From Pristiophorus japonicus (lineage: Eukaryota): a DNA stretch of 64,000 nucleotides. The stretch covers positions 186,001-250,000 of the forward strand of contig NW_027252026.1 of the NCBI RefSeq assembly GCF_044704955.1, given 5' to 3'. The notes under the pieces were generated by a model. That model did not search any database. It was not told the DNA's origin and saw only the letters and a list, made by a program, of their open reading frames with translations. Every line of letters begins with the position of its first letter. Within the stretch, counting starts at the first letter, position 1. Shown piece by piece: positions 1 through 12,401 of this stretch. A program made the translations under genes and the position numbers.

Positions 1-612
1 CCAGATCCCCCCGTACCACAGAATTCTGTAGTCTCTCTCCATTCAAATAATATTTTGCTTTTCTGTTCTTCCTATCAAATTGGATAACCTCGCATTTTCC
101 CACATTATACTCCATCTGCCAAATGTTTTCCCACTCAGTTAACCTATCTATATCCCTTTGCAGACTCTGAGTCCTCCTCACAACTTGATTTCCCACCTAT
201 CATTGTATTGTCGGCAAATTTGGCTGTAATACTCTGTCCCTTCACCCAAGTCACTCCTATTGATTAAAATAGATTGTAAATAGGTGAGGCTCCAGCACTG
301 ATCGCTGTGGCACCCCACTAGTTACAGTTTGCCAACCTGAAAATGGCCCATTTATCTCGACTCTCTGTTTTCTGTTAGTTAGCTAATCCTCTACATGCTT
401 ATATATTACCCCCCAACACCATGAGCTCTTATCTTGTGTAGTAACCTTTTATGACGCATCTTATCGAATGCCTTTTCGAAATCAAAGTACACAATATCTA
501 CTGGTTCTCCATTACGCACCCTGCTTGTTACATCCTCAAAGAACAATAATAAATTTGCCAAAAATGATTTCCCTTTCATAAAACCATGTTGAATCTGCTT
601 GATTGTATTATT
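1..612 (-). mobile_element. CR1 LINE ORF2 (RT region) fragment; host element that resumes at 9571
   Basis: Reverse complement encodes degenerate CR1 RT motifs (HGFMKGKS, VYxDFxKAFD, QGSxLxP, KFAD). The sequence before the Gypsy LTR continues directly at 9571. Confidence 0.85.
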
Positions 613-617
613 ACTTT

Positions 618-817
618 TGTATTAATTCTTTGGGGTCACTAGACACCAGAGGGCACCGTCGTCGGAGGTCATCAGGCTGTATGCATGTGGCATGTGTGCT
701 TGGTCACCTGTATATAAGCTGGGTGTCTTTGTCACGGTGACAGTCTTGGGCTGGAATAAAGATGGATCAAGTTGCACCTGAGTGAGTTTCCAGTAACCAG
801 ACTCTTGCGTCATTACA
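618..817 (+). repeat. 5' LTR of Gypsy element
   Basis: ~200-bp direct repeat of 9365-9570, with TATA (tatataa), AATAAA and a CA end, followed by PBS TGGCGACGAGG. The 5' boundary is approximate. Confidence 0.85.
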
Positions 818-819
818 AT

Positions 820-830
820 TGGCGACGAGG
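820..830 (+). promoter_or_regulatory. Primer-binding site (tRNA-Ser(GCT)-like)
   Basis: TGGCGACGAGG lies 2 nt after the LTR and is complementary to the CCTCGTCGCCA 3' end of vertebrate tRNA-Ser(GCT). Confidence 0.7.
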
Positions 831-1216
831 TAATTTAAGAACCTTCGCATGCACAATGAGCACTGTTTGAGAGATCTGTGGAGGGCGAGGATTGGGTGGA
901 TTTTGTCGACCGCCTGGATCAATATTTTGTGGCCAATGGCATGGAGGCAGAGGCCTACGCAGTTAAGTGCAGGGCAGTTCTCCTCACCGTTTGTGGTCTG
1001 AAAATTTACGGCTTCATGAAGAATCTTCTCTCGTCTGTACATCCGGTGGAAAAGGTACGCGGAATTGTGTACATTGGTGGGTAACCATCTGAAACCAAAA
1101 GAGGGGATCATCATATCACACTACCGTTTCTACACACATGTTCATGCTGAGAGCCAGGACGTGTTGGGATTTGTCGCTGACCTGCGACGTCTTGCTGAGC
1201 CGTGTAAGTTCAGGAA

Positions 1217-3700
1217 CAAACAGTAGTAACAAGGTTGGGGATGGCATCAAACAGAAAATTAGAGACACGTGCAATAAGGGTACAGCAGTTATCATGGGTG
1301 ACTTTAATCTGCATATTGATTGGGCGAACCAAACTGGTAGCAATACTGTGGAGGAGGATTTCCTGGAGTGTATAAGGGATGGTTTTCTAGACCAATATAT
1401 CGAGGAACCAACTAGAGAGCAGGCCATCCTAGACTGTGTAACGAGAGAGGATTAATTAGCAATCTAGTCGTGTGAGGCCCCTTGGGGAAGAGTGACCATA
1501 ATATGGTAGAATTTTTCATTAAGATGGAGAGTGACACAGTTAATTCAGAGACTAGGGTCCTGAACTTAAAGAAAGGAAACTTCGACGGTATGAGACGTGA
1601 ATTGGCTGGGATAGACTGGCGACTGATACTTAAAGGGTTGATGGTGGATAGGCAATGGCATACATTTAAAGATCACATGGATGAACTACAACAATTGTAC
1701 ATCCCTGTGTGGCATAATAATAAAAAAAGGGAAGGTGGCTCAACCGTGGCTAACAAGGGAAATTAGGGAAAATGTTAAATTCAAGGAAGAGCTATATAAA
1801 TTGGCCAGAAAAAGCAGCAAACCTGAGGACTGGGAGAAATTTAGAATTCAGCAGAGAAGGGCCAAGGGTTTAATTAGGAGGGGGAAACTAGAGTATGAGA
1901 GTAAGCTTGCAGGGAACATAAACCCTGCAAAAACTTCTACAGATATGTGAAGAGAAAAATATTAATGCAGACTAATGTAGCTCCCTTGCAGTCAGAATCA
2001 GGGGAATTCATAATGGGGAACAAGGAAATGGCAGACCAATTGAAAAAATACTTTGGTTCTGTCTTCACTGAGGAAGACACAAATAACCTCCCGAAAATAC
2101 TAGGGGACCGAGGGTCTAGCGAGAAGGGGAACTGAGGGAAATCCTTAATAGTCAGGAAATGGTGTTAGGGAAATTGAAGGGCCTGATAGTCTGCACCCCA
2201 GAGTACTTAAGGAAGTGGCCCTAGAAATAGTAGATGCATTGGTGGTCATTATCCAACATTCCTTGCACTCTGGTTCAGTTCCTATGGATTGGAGGGTAGC
2301 GAATGTAATGCCACTTTTTTAAAAAGGAGGGAGAGAGAAAACAGGGAATTATAGACCGGTTAGCCTGACATCGGTAGTGGGGAAAATGCTGGAATCAATT
2401 ATTAAAGATGAAATAGCAGCGCATTTGGAAAGAGGTGACAGGATCGGTCCAAGTCAGCATGGATTTATGAAAGGGAAATCAAGCTTGACAAATCTTTGAG
2501 AGTTTTTTGAGGATGTAACTTGTAGATTGGATAAGGGAACACCAGTGTATGTGGTGTATTTGGATTTTCAAAAGGCTTTTGACACGAAATTAGTGTGCAA
2601 AATTAAGGCACATGCTATCGGGGGTAATGTATTGACATAGATAGCGAACTGGTTGGCAGACAGGAAGCAAAGAGTGGGAATAAATGGGTCCTTTTCAGAA
2701 TGGTCGTTAGTGACTAGTGGGTGCCGCAGGGTTCAGTGCTATGGCCCCAGCTATTTTCAATATACATTAATGATTTAGACAAAGGAATTGAATGTAATAT
2801 CTCCAAGTTTGCAGATGACAGGAAGCTGGGTGGCAGTGCGAGCTGCGAGGAGGATGCTAAGACGCTGCAGGGGGACTTGGACAGGTTGGGTGAATGGGCA
2901 AATGCAGTATAATGTGGATATGTGTGAGGTTATCCACTTTAGTGGCAAAAACAGGAAGGTAGATTATTATCTGAATGGTGACAGATTAGTAAAAGGGGAG
3001 TTGCATCGAGACCTGGGTGTCGTGGTACATCAGTCATTGAAGGTAGGCATGCAGGTACAGCAGGCAGTAAAGAAATCAAATGGCATGCTGGCCTTCATAA
3101 TGAGGGTATTTGAGTATAGGAGCAGGGAAGTCTTACTTCAGACCACACCTTGAGTATTGTGTGCAGTTTTGGTCTCCTAATATGAGGAAGGGCACCCTTG
3201 CCACTGAGGGAATGCAGCGAAGGTTCACCAGACTGATTCCCGGAATGGCAGGACTGACATATGAAGAAAGACTGGATCAACTAGGCTTATATTCACTGGA
3301 ATTTAGAAGAATGAGTGGGGATCTCAGAGAAGCAGATAAAACTCTGATGGGATTGGACAGGTTAGATGCTGGAAGAATGTTCCCGATGTTGGGGAAGTCC
3401 AGAACCAGGGTCACAGTCTAAGGATGAGGGGTAAGCCATTTTGGACGAACATGAAGGAAACTTCTTCACTCAGAGAATTGTGAACCTGTGGAATTCTCTA
3501 CCGCAGTAGTTGAGGCCAGTTCGTCAGATATATTCAAATGGGAGTTAAATGTGGCCCTTACGACTAAAGGAATCAAGGAGTATGGAGAGAAAGCAGGAAT
3601 GGGGTACTGAAGTTGCATGATCAGCCATGATCATATTGAATGGGGGTGCAGGCTCGAAGGGCCGAATGGCCTACTCCTGCACCTACTTTCTATGTTTCTA
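1217..3700 (+). mobile_element. CR1 LINE, 5'-truncated, frameshifted ORF2
   Basis: Endonuclease (GDFN, SDH) and RT fragments in several short ORFs; ends in a ttctatgtttcta tail; splits the Gypsy gag. Confidence 0.9.
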
Positions 3701-5711
3701 AGACATGCGGCGTGATGTCTCAGTGATAGGCATCAGCCATGATGCGATGCTCAGGAAGCTGTTGCCTGCAGATACGCTGGATTTGAAAAAGGCCATCGCG
3801 ACTGCCCAGGTATGCATGACAACAGATGAGAATTTGAGGCAGATATCGACGAGTTGGAGTTCCATGGCAAGTACTGTACACAAGAGGGCGTTGTCTTCAG
3901 GCAGAATTGCTTCCCCGAAACCTGCCGCTGCTCAGAGTCCGCCAACTGGTTCGATCCAGATTTCACCCTGTTGGTGATGTGGGGACAATTATCGGCCTCA
4001 TCAGTGTCGGTTTATGCAATGGATGTTTAAAAGTGGGGCACCTTCACAGGATGTGTCCACAACGGAGCAAGCATGGTGCGGCTCACCACGTGGTGGATGA
4101 GGATCAGTTCAGTGATGGCCCGGATACACAACCCGAGGAGGAAGTGAATGGACTGTATTCGTTCCTGAGCAAGAGCCAGCCGAATAGTGGTTAATGTGAA
4201 GCTGCATGGCGTGCGTGTATCAATGGAGCTGGACACGGGTGTGAGCCAGTCGATAATGAGCCAAAGGACATTCGACAAGCTGTGGGACACTAAGGCTGCG
4301 AAACCAAAGCTGAGTCCAGTCAATGCCAGGTTGTGTACTTGCACTAAGGAACTCATACCTGTGCTCGGCAATGCAGCAATCGAGGTGTCATATGATGGTG
4401 TGGTTCACGAGCTACCATTATGGATCATCCCAGGTCATTATCCAACGCTGTTCGGCAGGAATTCACTCGAGAAAATCAAGCTGAATTGGAATGATGTCAA
4501 GATGTTGTCCTGGGTAGATGATACTTAGTGTGCTCAAGAATTGAAAAAGTTTCCTTCTTTGTTTGAACCGGGCATTGGTAATTTTACAGATTCACCTGGA
4601 CTCGAATGCAAGGCCTGCCTATCACAAAGCTCGGTCTGTTCCGTACATGATGAGGGAGAAGGTTGAAATCGAGCTTGACAGACTCCAGCATGAAGGGATC
4701 ATATCACCGGTCAAGTTTAACGAGTGGGCCAGTCCCATTGTTCCTGTGTTGAAGAGTGATGGCATTGTCAGGATTTGTGGAGACAACAAGGTTACGATTA
4801 ACCGATTTTCAAAACAGGATCAGTATCCATTACCGAGGGCTGATGACCTGTTCGCCATGCTAGCTGGTGGAAAGTCGTCCACGAAACTGGATCTGACATC
4901 GGCCTATATGACCCAGGAACTTGTCACCACTTCGAAGAAACTCACCTGCATCAACACCCATAAAGGACTGTTCGTCTACAACAGGTGTCCTTTTGGGATT
5001 TGTTCAGTTGCAGCCATATTTCAGAGGACTGTGGAGAGTTTACTGAAGTCCGTTCCTAGGAAAGATATTTCTTGTCGTAGTAGATGCATATTCTAAGTTG
5101 TTATTTCGTCTTCCAGCACGTCTACAGCTAACATTGAGAGCCTTCGTATCATGTTTGCTACTCATGGTTTGCCTGACATTGTTGTGAGCGACAATGGATC
5201 TTGCTTCTCAAGTCTTGAGTTCCAGGAGTTCATGAAACTCAATGACATCAGACATGTGAGATCAGCTCCTTCAAGCCTGCTTCTAATGGTCAAGCAGAGC
5301 GTGCCATTCAAATGATCAAGCAAAGTATGAAACATGTAACTCAGGGCTCACTGCAGAGATGGTTGCCATGTATATTGCTCAGTTACAGGTCAAGACTTCA
5401 TACACTTACTGGGGTTCCTCCTGCTGAACTACTGATGAAGAGAAATCTCAAGACCAGGCTTTTTCTTCATCCTGATTTGAATGATCATGTTGAAAACAGA
5501 CGTCAAAGTCAGCAATGGTGTCATGATCGTGTTGCCATGTCACGTGACATCTCGGTCAACGATCCGGTTTATGTACTGAACTATGGTCAAGGTCCAAAGT
5601 GGATCGCCAGCACTGTTACAGCCAAGGAGGATAACAGAGTGTTTATTGTCATGCTCAAGAATGGGCAAACATGCAGGAAACACCTTGACCAGGTTAAACT
5701 GCGGCACACGG

Positions 5712-8700
5712 ATGAGGTCCTACGAAACGAAGTTAAGGAGCTCGGAGCTAAATTAAAAAGTAGGACCTCAAAAGTAGTAATCTCGGGATTGCTACCAGTG
5801 CCACGTGATAGTCAGAGTAGGAATCGCAGGATAGCGCAGATGAATACGTGGCTTGAGCAGTGGTGCAGCAGGGAGGGATTCAAATTCCTGGGGCATTGGA
5901 ACCGGTTCTGGGGGAGGTGGGACCAGTACAAACCGGACGGTCTGCACCTGGGCAGGACCGGAACCAATGTCCTAGGGGGAGTGTTTGCTAGTGCTGTTGG
6001 GGAGGATTTAAACTAATATGGCAGGGGGATGGGAACCAATGCAGGGAGACAGAGGGAAACAAAAAGGAGGCAAAAGCAAAAGACAGAAAGGAAAAGTGGA
6101 GGGCAGAGAAACCCAAGGCAAAGAACAAAAAGGGCCACTGTACAGCAAAATTCTAAAAGGACAAAGGGTGTTAAAAAAAACAAGCCTGAAGGCTTTGTGT
6201 CTTAATGCAAGGAGTATCCGCAATAAGGTGGATGAATTAACTGTGCAAATAGATGTTAACAAATATGATGTGATTGGGATTACGGAGACGTGGCTCCAGG
6301 ATGATCAGGGCTGGGAACTCAACATCCAGGGGTATTCAACATTCAGGAAAGATAGAATAAAAGGAAAAGGAGGTGGGGTAGCATTGATGGTTAAGGAGCA
6401 AATTAAGGCAATAGTTCGGAAGGACATTAGCTTGGATGATGTGGAATCTATATGGGTAGAGCTGCAGAATACCAAAGGGCAAAAAACGTTAGTGGGAGTT
6501 GTGTACAGACCTCCAAACAGTAGTAGTGATGTTGGGGAGGGCATCAAACATGAAATTAGGGGTGCGTGCAATAAAGGTGCAGCAGTTATAATGGGTGACT
6601 GTAATATGCACATAGATTGGGCTAACCAAACTGGAAGCAATACGGTGGAGGAGGATTTCCTGGAGTGCATAAGGGATGGTTTTCTAGACCAATATGTCGA
6701 GGAACCAACTAGGGGGGAGGCCATCTTAGACTGGGTGTTGTGTAATGAGAGAGGATTAATTAGCAATCTCGTTGTGCGAGGCCCCTTGGGGAAGAGTGAC
6801 CATAATATGGTGGTATTCTGCATTAGGATGGCGAATGAAAGAGTTAATTCAGAGACCATGGTCCAGAACTTAAAGAAGGGTAACTTTGAAGGTATGAGGC
6901 GTGAGTTGGCTAGGATAGATTGGCGAATGATACTGAAGGGGTTGACTGTGGATGGGCAATGGCAGACATTTAGAGACCGCATGGATGAACTACAACAATT
7001 GTACATTCCTGTCTGGCGTAAAAATAAAAAAGGGAAGGTGGCTCAACCGTGGCTATCAAGGGAAATCAGGGATAGCATTAAAGCCAAGGAAGTGGCATAC
7101 AAATTGGCCAGAAATAGCACTGAACCCGGGGACTGGGAGAAATTTAGAACTCAGCAGAGGAGGACAAAGGGTTTGATTAGGGCAGGGAAAATGGAGTACG
7201 AGAAGAAGCTTGCAGGGAACATTAAGACGGATTGCAAAAGTTTCTATAGATATGCAAAGAGAAAAAGGTTAGTAAAGACAAACGTAGGTCCCCTGCAGTC
7301 AGAATCAGGGGAAGTCATAACGGGGAACAAAGAAATGGCGGACCAATTGAACAAGTACTTTGGTTCGGTATTCACTGAGGAGGACACAAACAACCTTCCG
7401 GATATAAAAGGGGTCGGAGGGTCTAGTAAGGAGGAAGAACTGATGGAAATCCTTATTAGTCGGGAAACTGTGTTGGGGATATTGATGGGATTGAAGGCCG
7501 ATAAATCCCCAGGGCCTGATGGACTGCATCCCAGAGTACTTAAGGAGGTGGCCTTGGAAATAGTGGATGCATTGACAGTCATTTTCCAACATTCCATTGA
7601 CTCTGGATCAGTTACTATGGAGTGGAGGGTAGCCAATGTCACCCCACTTTTTAAAAAAGGAGGGAGAGAGAAAACAGAGAATTATAGACCGGTCAGCCTG
7701 ACATCGGTAGTGGGTAAAATGATGGAATCAATTATTAAGGATGTCATAGCAGTGCATTTGGAAAGAGGTAATATGATAGGTCCAAGTCAGCATGGATTTG
7801 TGAAAGGGAAATCATGCTTGACAAATCTTCTGGAATTTTTTGAGGATGTTTCCAGTAGAGTGGACAAGGGAGAACCAGTTGATGTGGTATATTTGGACTT
7901 TCAGAAGGCGTTCGACAAGGTCCCACACAAGAGATTAATGTGCAAAGTTAAAGCACATGGGATTCGGGGTAGTGTGCTGACATGGATTGAGAACTGGTTG
8001 TCAGACAGGAAGCAAAGAGTAGGAGTAAATGGGGACTGTTCAGAATGGCAGGCAGTGACTAGTGAGGTACCACAAGGTTCTGTGCTTGGGCCCCAGCTGT
8101 TTACATTGTACATTAATGATTTAGACGAGGGGATTAAATGTAGTATCTCCAAATTTGCGGATGACACTAAGTTGGGTGGCAGTGTGAGCTGCGAGGAGGA
8201 TGCTATGAGGCTGCAGAGCGACTTGGATAGGTTAGGTGAGTGGGCAAATGCATGGCAGATGAAATATGATGTTGATAAATGTGAGGTTATCCACTTTGGT
8301 GGTAAAAACAGAGAGACAGACTATTATCTGAATGGTGACAGATTAGGAAAAGGGGAGGTGCAAAGAGACCTGGGTGTCATGGTACATCAGTCATTGAAGG
8401 TTGGCATGCAGGTACAGCAGGCTGTTAAGAAAGCAAATGGCATGTTGGCCTTCATAGCGAGGGGATTTGAGTACAGGGGCAGGGAGGTGTTGCTACAATT
8501 GTACAGGGCCTTGGTGAGGCCACACCTGGAGTATTGTGTACAGTTTTGGTCTCCTAACCTGAGGAAGAACATTCTTGCTATTGAGGGAGTGCAGCGAAGG
8601 TTCACCAGACTGATTCCCGGGATGGCGGGACTGACCTATCAAGAAAGACTGGATCAACTGGGCTTGTATTCACTGGAGTTCAGAAGAATGAGAGGGGACC

Positions 8701-9090
8701 TCATAGAAACGTTTAAAATTCTGACGGGGTTAGACAGGTTAGATGCAGGAAGAATGTTCCCAATGTTGGGGAAGTCCAGAACCAGGGGACACAGTCTAAG
8801 GATAAGGGGGAAGCCATTTAGGACCGAGACGAGGAGGAATTTCTTCTCCCAGAGAGTGGTGAACCTGTGGAATTCTCTACCACAGAAAGTTGTTGAGGCC
8901 AATTCACTAAATATATTCAAAAAGGAGTTAGATGAAGTCCTTACTACTAGGGGAATCAAGGGGTATGGTGAGAAAGCAGGAATGGGGTACTGAAGTTTCA
9001 TGTTCAGCCATGAACTCATTGAATGGCGGTGCAGGCTTGAAGGGCCGAATGGCCTACTCCTGCACTTATTTTCTATGTTTCTATGTTGCT
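5712..9090 (+). mobile_element. Young CR1 LINE (ORF1 esterase C-terminus + ORF2 + 3' tail)
   Basis: SGNH-esterase C-terminus (DGLHL), full ORF2 and a (tttctatg)n tail. The host Gypsy reads cacacggatga|actggaagcg across the insertion. Confidence 0.95.
6018..8993 (+). CDS. CR1 ORF2: APE endonuclease + reverse transcriptase, uninterrupted 991 aa
   Basis: LNARSI, ITETW, GGGV, YRPP, SDH, YRPVSLTS, QGSVLGP and FADD motifs; GDCN replaces the usual GDFN. Confidence 0.9.
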   Translation: MAGGWEPMQGDRGKQKGGKSKRQKGKVEGRETQGKEQKGPLYSKILKGQRVLKKTSLKALCLNARSIRNKVDELTVQIDVNKYDVIGITETWLQDDQGWELNIQGYSTFRKDRIKGKGGGVALMVKEQIKAIVRKDISLDDVESIWVELQNTKGQKTLVGVVYRPPNSSSDVGEGIKHEIRGACNKGAAVIMGDCNMHIDWANQTGSNTVEEDFLECIRDGFLDQYVEEPTRGEAILDWVLCNERGLISNLVVRGPLGKSDHNMVVFCIRMANERVNSETMVQNLKKGNFEGMRRELARIDWRMILKGLTVDGQWQTFRDRMDELQQLYIPVWRKNKKGKVAQPWLSREIRDSIKAKEVAYKLARNSTEPGDWEKFRTQQRRTKGLIRAGKMEYEKKLAGNIKTDCKSFYRYAKRKRLVKTNVGPLQSESGEVITGNKEMADQLNKYFGSVFTEEDTNNLPDIKGVGGSSKEEELMEILISRETVLGILMGLKADKSPGPDGLHPRVLKEVALEIVDALTVIFQHSIDSGSVTMEWRVANVTPLFKKGGREKTENYRPVSLTSVVGKMMESIIKDVIAVHLERGNMIGPSQHGFVKGKSCLTNLLEFFEDVSSRVDKGEPVDVVYLDFQKAFDKVPHKRLMCKVKAHGIRGSVLTWIENWLSDRKQRVGVNGDCSEWQAVTSEVPQGSVLGPQLFTLYINDLDEGIKCSISKFADDTKLGGSVSCEEDAMRLQSDLDRLGEWANAWQMKYDVDKCEVIHFGGKNRETDYYLNGDRLGKGEVQRDLGVMVHQSLKVGMQVQQAVKKANGMLAFIARGFEYRGREVLLQLYRALVRPHLEYCVQFWSPNLRKNILAIEGVQRRFTRLIPGMAGLTYQERLDQLGLYSLEFRRMRGDLIETFKILTGLDRLDAGRMFPMLGKSRTRGHSLRIRGKPFRTETRRNFFSQRVVNLWNSLPQKVVEANSLNIFKKELDEVLTTRGIKGYGEKAGMGY

Positions 9091-9364
9091 ATGAACTGGA
9101 AGCGAGTGAGGAAGATGCAGTCAGTGACCAACCAACCATTGTTCACTCATCAGAGGACTCTGCTGACATTACTGACTCTGAACCTTCAGTCTCTGATGTG
9201 GTCATGACCACTCCCATCAGCTCGGCTACTTAGCCCTCAGTCTCAACGGACTCAGAACACTCGCCCAGAGACAAAGTTGAACTGAGACGATCAACTCTTG
9301 AGAGGAAAGCCCCAGACCATCTTAATTTGTAAAAAAAAAACTTGTTAAGATTTTAAAAGGGAAA

Positions 9365-9570
9365 TGTTGTTATGTATTAATACTTGAGGGTCACCAGACA
9401 CCAGAGGGCGCCGCGGTCAGAGGTCATTGGGCTGTACACATGTGGCATGTGTGCTTGGTCACCTGTATATAAGCTGGGTGTCTTTGTCACGCTGGCACTC
9501 TTGGGCTGGAATAAAGAAGGATCAGGTTGCACCTGAGTGAGTTTACAGTAAACAGACTTGAGTCATTACA
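9365..9570 (+). repeat. 3' LTR of Gypsy element
   Basis: TG...CA ends, follows the purine tract aaaagggaaa, matches 618-817. Confidence 0.85.
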
Positions 9571-11660
9571 ATTTTCTAAATGTCCTGCTACTACTTCCTT
9601 AATAATAGATTCCAGCATTTTCTCAATGACAGATGTTAGGCTTACTGACCTATAATTTCCTGCTATCTGTCTCCCTCCTTTCTTGAAGAGGGGTGTTCCA
9701 TTTGCAGTTTTCCAATCCTTGGGACCTTTCCAGAATCTAGGGAATTTTGAAACATTACAACCAATGCATCCACTATCTCTGCAGCCACTTCTTTTAAGAC
9801 CCAAGGATGCAGGCTATCAGGTCCAGGGGACTTGTCAGTCTTTAGTCCCATTAGTTTGCCTATTACTTTTTCTGTAGTGATGATAATTGTTTTTATTTCC
9901 TCCCGACCCTTTGCCCTTGATTTTCTATTAGTAGGATGCTTTTCATGTCTTCTACCGTAAAGACAGATACAAATATTTGTTCAAAGTCTCTGCCATTTCC
10001 TTGTTTCCCATTATTATTTCCCCAGTATCACCCTCTAAGGGACCAATATTTACTTCAGCTACTCCCTTCCTTTTTATATACGTGGCGTGGTGACCCCGAC
10101 CAGCGAGGAAATACCAGCAGCAGGTCGGGGCCATAAAAGGCGAGCAGCGAGCGACCCTGGGAGCAGCGTGGTGACATGCCACTTCAGGGAGCAGTGCGAG
10201 CTGGTGCAAGAGGGCAACAGCAGTGCAGCGGGCAACTGGATTGGACATCACCAAGGTCCAGGTCGGTGATTGGAACGTGGGCAGGTACAGCAGCAGCGGC
10301 GAGTTTGGGACACAGGAGCGGTGAGTTATCGTGGAGCGATGTGATCGAGGCCCAGGAGAGGCATGAGTTCGGGGCCCAGCAGAGGCGAGGGCCCTGGGGC
10401 AGCAACTTCTTCACTCAGAGAATTGTTAACCTGTGGAATCCTCGACCGCAGAAAGCTGTTGAGGCCAGTTCATTAGATATATTCAAAAGGGAGTTAGATA
10501 TGGCCCTTACGGCCGAAATGGCTTTCCCCTTCTTCTTAGAGAGTGACTGGTTCTGGAACTCCCCAGCAATGGGAACATTCTTTCTGCCTCTAACCTGTCC
10601 AATCCCGTCAGAATTTTATATGTTTCTATGAGATCCCCTCTCATTCTTCTAAACTCCAGTGGATACAAGCCCAGTTGATCCAGTCTCTCCTCATAGGTCA
10701 ATAAGGGGTATGGAGAGAAAGCAGGAAAGGGGTACTGAGGTTGAATGATCAGCCATGATCTTGTTGAATGTCGGTGCAGGCTCGAAGGGCCGAATGGCCT
10801 GCTCCTGCACCTAATTTCTATGTTTCTATGTTTCTACGTTTAACATGTAGTTCGGGACCAGGAATATCAGGTCTTTCATTGAAACACCTGTGAACTCATC
10901 CTTTTTTAGTGTGGAAGTGGGTCATCCTCGATACGAGGGACCGCCTAAGAGAGATATACTTGTAGAAGCTCTTACCGTCTGTTTTTATATTATTTGCTAG
11001 TTTACTCTCATAATCTATTTTCTCCTTCTTTATTCATTTTTTAGTTATCCTTTGGTGGTTTCTAACATTTTGCCAATCTTCTAGCCTACCACTAATCTTT
11101 GCAACATATTTGCCTTTTCTTTCAAATTGAAACCATCCTTAACTTCCTTAGTTAGCCACGGATGGTTCATCCTTCTCATTGAGTCTTTCTCAATGGAATA
11201 TATCTTTGTCGAGAATTATGAAATATCTCCTTAAATGTGTGCCACTGCTTATCTACTGTCATACCTTTTAATCTAATTTCCCACTCCACATTAACCAATT
11301 CTGACTTCATACCTTTGTAATTGCCTTTATTTAGGCTTAAGATATAGTTTCAGATCCAAGTTTCAAACTGAATGTGAAATTTTATCATGTTATGCTCACT
11401 CTTCCCGAGAGGATCCTTTACTGTGAGGCAATCAATTAATCCTGTCTCATTGCACCTTACCAGATCTAAAATAGCTTGTTCCCTGGTTGGTTCTACAATG
11501 TATGGTTCTAAGAAACTGTCACGAATACACCCTATGAACTAGTTGTCACAGCTACCTTTGCCAATTTGATTTGTTGAATCTATATGAAGATTAAAATTGC
11601 CCACGATTATTGCAGTACCTCTCTTAAAAGCCCCATTATTTCTTAATTTATACTCTGTCC
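9571..11660 (-). mobile_element. Continuation of old CR1 ORF2 (interrupted at 10082-10953)
   Basis: Minus-strand ORFs MGLKTDKSPGPD, NIGPLEGDTGEIIMGNKEMAE and endonuclease remnants. Confidence 0.8.
10082..10953 (+). mobile_element. Composite insertion: GC-rich head + scrambled CR1 3' pieces + RTE-tailed SINE fragment
   Basis: Bounded by the direct repeat ATATAC (10076-10081 and 10954-10959). The last ~110 nt match the SINE at 53239-53500. Confidence 0.55.
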
Positions 11661-12400
11661 TGCACTCCAAGGTCCCTCTGTTCCTCTACACTTCTCATTG
11701 TCCTACCATTTATTGTATATTCCCTTGCCTTGTTAGCCCTTCCCAAATGCATTACCTCACACTTCTCCGGATTGAATTCCATTTGCCACTGTTCTGCCCA
11801 CGCGACCAGTACATTGATATCTTTCCTACAGTCTACAGCTTTCTTCTTCATTATCAACCTTACAAAAAATGGTAGTATCATCTACAAACTTCTTAATCAT
11901 ACCCTCTATATTCAAGTCTAAATCATTGATATATACCACAAAAAGCAAGGGAACTTGTACTGAGCCCTGTGGAACCCCACTGGAAATAGCCTTGCAGACA
12001 CAAAAGCACCCATCGACCATTACCCTTTGCTTCCTTCCTCCAAGCCAATTTTGGATCCAACTTGTCACTTTGCCCTGTATCTCATGGGCTTTACCCTTCA
12101 TGACCAGTCTACCATGTGGGACCTTATCAAAAGCCTTGGTAAAACCCATATATACTACATCGTACGCACTACCCTCATCAAACCTCCTTGTTACCTCCAC
12201 ATAAATTCAGTCAAGTTAGTCAGACACTATCTTCCCTCAAAAAATCCATGTTGACTGTCCTTGATTAATCTGTGAATTTCGAAATGAAGATTTATCCTAG
12301 CCCTCAGAATGTTTTCCCATAATTCTCCCACCACCGACTTTAGGCTGATAGGCCTGCAATTCTCGGTCTATCCCTTTCTCATTTTTTAAACAACAGTATA
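11660..12400 (-). mobile_element. CR1 RT fragment (different subfamily)
   Basis: ORFs 11826-12200 and 11648-11881 with KAFDKVPH, QGSV, KFVDDT and WQMEFNPEKC. Confidence 0.85.
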
Positions 12401-12401
12401 A

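Larger units (their letters stand above)
618..9570 (+). mobile_element. Ty3/Gypsy LTR retrotransposon, degenerate, with two nested CR1 insertions
   Basis: Gag (EDWVDFVDRLDQYF, 878-1210 and 3700-4180 with CCHC remnants), protease (MELDTG, 4187-4528), RT N-half (WASPIVPVLK, KLDL, 4563-5060), integrase (5070-5710), polypurine tract near 9355 and paired LTRs. The RT C-terminus and RNase H are deleted at ~5060. Confidence 0.9.

Noticed and set aside
6305-7642. Antisense ORFs shared by the young CR1 copies (also 30854-32185)
   Set aside because: They recur only because the copies are nearly identical; no domain or independent evidence of coding.
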